Below the pieces are notes generated by a model that saw nothing but the letters and a program-made list of their open reading frames with translations, was not told the DNA's origin and did no database searches. From an uncultured Nitrososphaeraceae archaeon (GTDB lineage: Archaea; Thermoproteota; Nitrososphaeria; Nitrososphaerales; Nitrososphaeraceae), in assembly GCA_963765895.1 (NCBI GenBank), contig CAVXZB010000036.1, positions 1 through 64,000 on the forward strand: a stretch of 64,000 bases of DNA, written 5' to 3'. Position numbers and translations under genes: made by a program. This document shows positions 61,012 through 64,000 of the stretch, piece after piece (the first letter of the stretch is position 1; every line of letters starts with the position of its first letter).

Positions 61012-61599
61012 AAGGTACTAATTATAACATGGATTACTTAGTAAATAAAAGCATCATTACCCACTTACCTATCTATTGTTGTATTACAATTATCTTAAAC
61101 ATGTACTGACCAAGCAGTGACAGCTGTTTCTCTACACTTATTAATACTAGGAATAATATGGAAGAAAACGTAAGCAATTTTCAAATACTGCCAGTTCGAT
61201 TCTCGGAAAAAAAGACATTTACAATTGCGTACTAGACTGACTAAAAAACTGCCATGTAGTAAGACATTTACATTCTTATTAATCTGTATAATAGTTGATG
61301 GCTGAAAGCGCCATTTATCATAATTATCCAATAGAAAAGCAATTAACTGGCCCGTCTACCTTGTCCTAGTTCTACTAAACTCATCTGGGAAAACGGAACT
61401 TATATGAAACCCAGTGACAGTATATAATATAATATCCAATCTCCATAATAAATAGATTATAAAATAGATTACGAATTATTAGCTAATTACAGATTTGATA
61501 GCAATAGTCGACAGGAGATTACTATTGGTATAGTGGGTTACAAGATGTCTAGACAGGTGTAATATGTATTGTAACATTCACTGTAACACTTTGTTCATG

Positions 61600-62115
61600 T
61601 TATCCTATCTTCGACCTTTTTATTTTTTCCTGTAGCAGCATCGTGCCTTGAATCAATGTTTCTGGTCTAGGAGGACAGCCAGGAACATATACATCTACTG
61701 GGATGATTCCATCAACTCCAGGAAGAACATTGTATGAATCAATATACAAACCCCCAGTAATTGCACAGGCGCCCATAGCGATCACGTATTTGGGGTCAGG
61801 CATCTGATCATAAACCATTCTAAGTCTTGGTGCCATTTTTCTAGTAACAGTTCCCTGAACGACAACCAAATCACATTGTCGTAAAGAGCCAAAAGCTTCT
61901 ATAATGCCAAACCTTTCGACATCGTATCTTGGTCCAGAAGCAGCGCCAAATTCTACACTACAACAGGCGGTTTCTAGATGAACAGGCCACAGAGACCAAA
62001 TTCTACCCCAATTAATGGCGTAGCCAAGTGGCTGATCAAGTGCTTTTACCAATACGTCACCCAGCTTACCTACTAATACATTAAAGTTAGTAGGATTAAT
62101 CAAGTCCTTTAACAT
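61600..62115 (-). CDS. nuoB: NADH-quinone oxidoreductase subunit B
   Basis: ACCSVE, QGTVTRKMAP, MGACAITGG, VYVPGCPPRPE. Confidence 0.96.
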   Translation of the reverse strand: MLKDLINPTNFNVLVGKLGDVLVKALDQPLGYAINWGRIWSLWPVHLETACCSVEFGAASGPRYDVERFGIIEAFGSLRQCDLVVVQGTVTRKMAPRLRMVYDQMPDPKYVIAMGACAITGGLYIDSYNVLPGVDGIIPVDVYVPGCPPRPETLIQGTMLLQEKIKRSKIG

Positions 62116-62367
62116 AACCCTTCATATAATTATCCACATTTTAGTTATTTAATATTATCCGATGCTGTACTTTAACTGACTTGCAGAGTAGGTTAGCTTG
62201 GTATGGGCTTTTTAATATTTATCTCTAATATAATAACGATTTTTGACGCCGCTGGCAGCAGATTTTTAGCAGATTCTCAAAAATTAGTCACTGTCTCTCC
62301 TAAAACTTATTGCTTGGCGACACAGCTTATCTAGACTTTTGTGTGTCTTTCCAGCACCAATCTGTGT

Positions 62368-62584
62368 TAGAGTTATCACTGCTACAACGCCCAAATCTAT
62401 CTACCAATTCATCATATGTCTGTGAAACCTTTTCGTTTTCTATAGGTGATCCATCGTTATAATGAGATGAAGTAAGAATTTCTGCCTTAATCTGAGGTAT
62501 TAAAATTATTTTATAATAACATATCTTATATTTACTGTCTAAAATAAGGATCTATTTGAAAGCGGATTAGCTGAAAGTTTTACT
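62368..62584 (-). repeat. partial duplicate of 34697-34913 (5' part of gene plus promoter)
   Basis: 95 nt identical (62368-62462 = 34697-34791), then ~120 nt of diverged homology. Confidence 0.9.
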
Positions 62585-62801
62585 CCTATCATTTTGGGCG
62601 ATATAATAGAATCCTTACTAATAGAGTATCTGACGTATTGGTGACATGTGAAAAAACATACAGTAATAAATAATACAATTTTTCTTTTTTGTAGGAAACG
62701 ATCAAGTGTCTCTAAACCATATATCTCTTACTACTTCGATCCTCCCCTCTCCCCGAATGGTGTTATAATTGTTATAAATTATTCAGTCTAAACTAGACAA
62801 T

Positions 62802-63650
62802 ATGGCTCATTTAGATACTAACAAGGTTCAAAGTAGTCAGCACCAACAAAATCAAACTGAAATTCTGGAGTATGGAGATATTTACTTCTTCTATAGGCCA
62901 AAAGTTAGATCTGAAAAAGTAAAAAGTATTGAAGATGTTCGACGCTTTTTTATGATCACTGCACCTGAGCAGCGAGCGAATGATAGTAATAGTGATAATC
63001 AAATCTACAGACTTTTTGTCGTAGGTAAGAAATCACTTCCGACTATTAGAAAGAGTGAAGCTAGAGCATCCGAACGATTTTGGGCAAGAATAGGCGGCAT
63101 TTTTAAGAATGCAAATGAGCTTACTAAAGAACTTTTGTCGGATGAATTTAGGAGAGGTGATGCCGCAAGACCCGTTGGAGAAGGAAAGTATGCATTAGTG
63201 AAGTATCGAAATCATGCCGAGATTGCGTATATACTTGAACTACCAAAAGAACCAGGGGAAGCGCAAAAGGAATTAGGTATAGAAAAAGAAGCAAGTTATA
63301 TAATATCAGTTATTAACCCTAAGATAGGACCATCGACAGAAGGGTATCCTAGTACAGAAGAACCCGCAAAATATCCGCCTGAAGTGCTAAATGAGTTCAA
63401 TGAGAATGAGAACTTTATTTCATTAACAAAGGATACGAAATTGATCGATTACAAAAATGCGCAGATAATTCTTATTGGCGCAAGAGAAGGAAAAGACGTA
63501 ATAAAGAACGACATTGGAATAGAAATAGAAGCAGAAGAAGAGGGCGATGGTCAGACCCAGCGACAGCAGTTTTCAGATATATTTAGTAAGCTCAAATTAC
63601 GAAAAGATCAAATTCCAATAAGACCACTTATAGAAGGAACGCTAGAATAA
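62802..63650 (+). CDS. conserved hypothetical protein
   Basis: GDIYFFYRPKV, RLFVVGKKSLP, ARPVGEGKY, YILELP.EPGEAQ.ELGIEKEASYIISV.NP. Confidence 0.85.
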   Translation: MAHLDTNKVQSSQHQQNQTEILEYGDIYFFYRPKVRSEKVKSIEDVRRFFMITAPEQRANDSNSDNQIYRLFVVGKKSLPTIRKSEARASERFWARIGGIFKNANELTKELLSDEFRRGDAARPVGEGKYALVKYRNHAEIAYILELPKEPGEAQKELGIEKEASYIISVINPKIGPSTEGYPSTEEPAKYPPEVLNEFNENENFISLTKDTKLIDYKNAQIILIGAREGKDVIKNDIGIEIEAEEEGDGQTQRQQFSDIFSKLKLRKDQIPIRPLIEGTLE

Positions 63651-64000
63651 CTGGTAACTGTTTTCACAGGGAAAGGTAGCATCTCGAAGCGATACTTACG
63701 TAAGAAAATAGATATAGATACATTGGCATGCTAGAATAGATCTCTTATTGGCAGTATAATTGGAGGCATTGGAGTAGCTTGGAATTAGCCTATTTTTATT
63801 GAGCCAAGAATGTGTTAACGATTACGAGCCCGGTATTTCATCGCCTACTATATATTAATACAAACCGACAATAAAGTGAAAAAGTTTCATAATTCTAGCC
63901 AGATATTTGTTTAGTATAGACTTTTTAAGCATTATAAAGCTCTTATATTATTAATGATCTAGTATAGTGATTTCCAAATATGGAAACTACTATAATTACA

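Noticed and set aside
62368-62584. Duplicated segment as a DGR template/variable repeat pair
   Set aside because: Differences are not adenine-specific and no reverse transcriptase is in the window

Overview
AT-rich, low-coding-density window that looks like the chromosome of a soil ammonia-oxidising archaeon (Nitrososphaeraceae). This is inferred from a TFB paralog, thaumarchaeal-type nuoB, F420-dependent LLM oxidoreductases, Lrp/AsnC and MEDS-like proteins, poly-Asn tracts and many small Zn-finger proteins. Pseudogenes are pervasive (PhaC, Dps, UspA, ChaB, LLM oxidoreductase) and there are several IS remnants. Three items stand out. (1) A decayed two-gene locus at 45.1-49.7 kb uses the same ~66-aa Trp-rich repeat in two proteins: one joins repeats to an RHH/CcdA-like domain, the other is a ~1,200-aa fusion of five repeats, an SF2 helicase and an Rrp8-like methyltransferase. 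(2) Next to it is a 2.9-kb IS6-family cargo transposon (49961-52851) with bipartite terminal repeats, a perfect 8-bp target duplication, a SWIM-finger transposase, an AbrB-like regulator and passenger genes. (3) An unannotated 110-nt intergenic element (19037-19146) folds into a three-way junction with a 7-bp kissing loop and is a candidate novel ncRNA. No tRNA, rRNA or CRISPR array was seen. All family assignments are by motif recognition, with no database searches.
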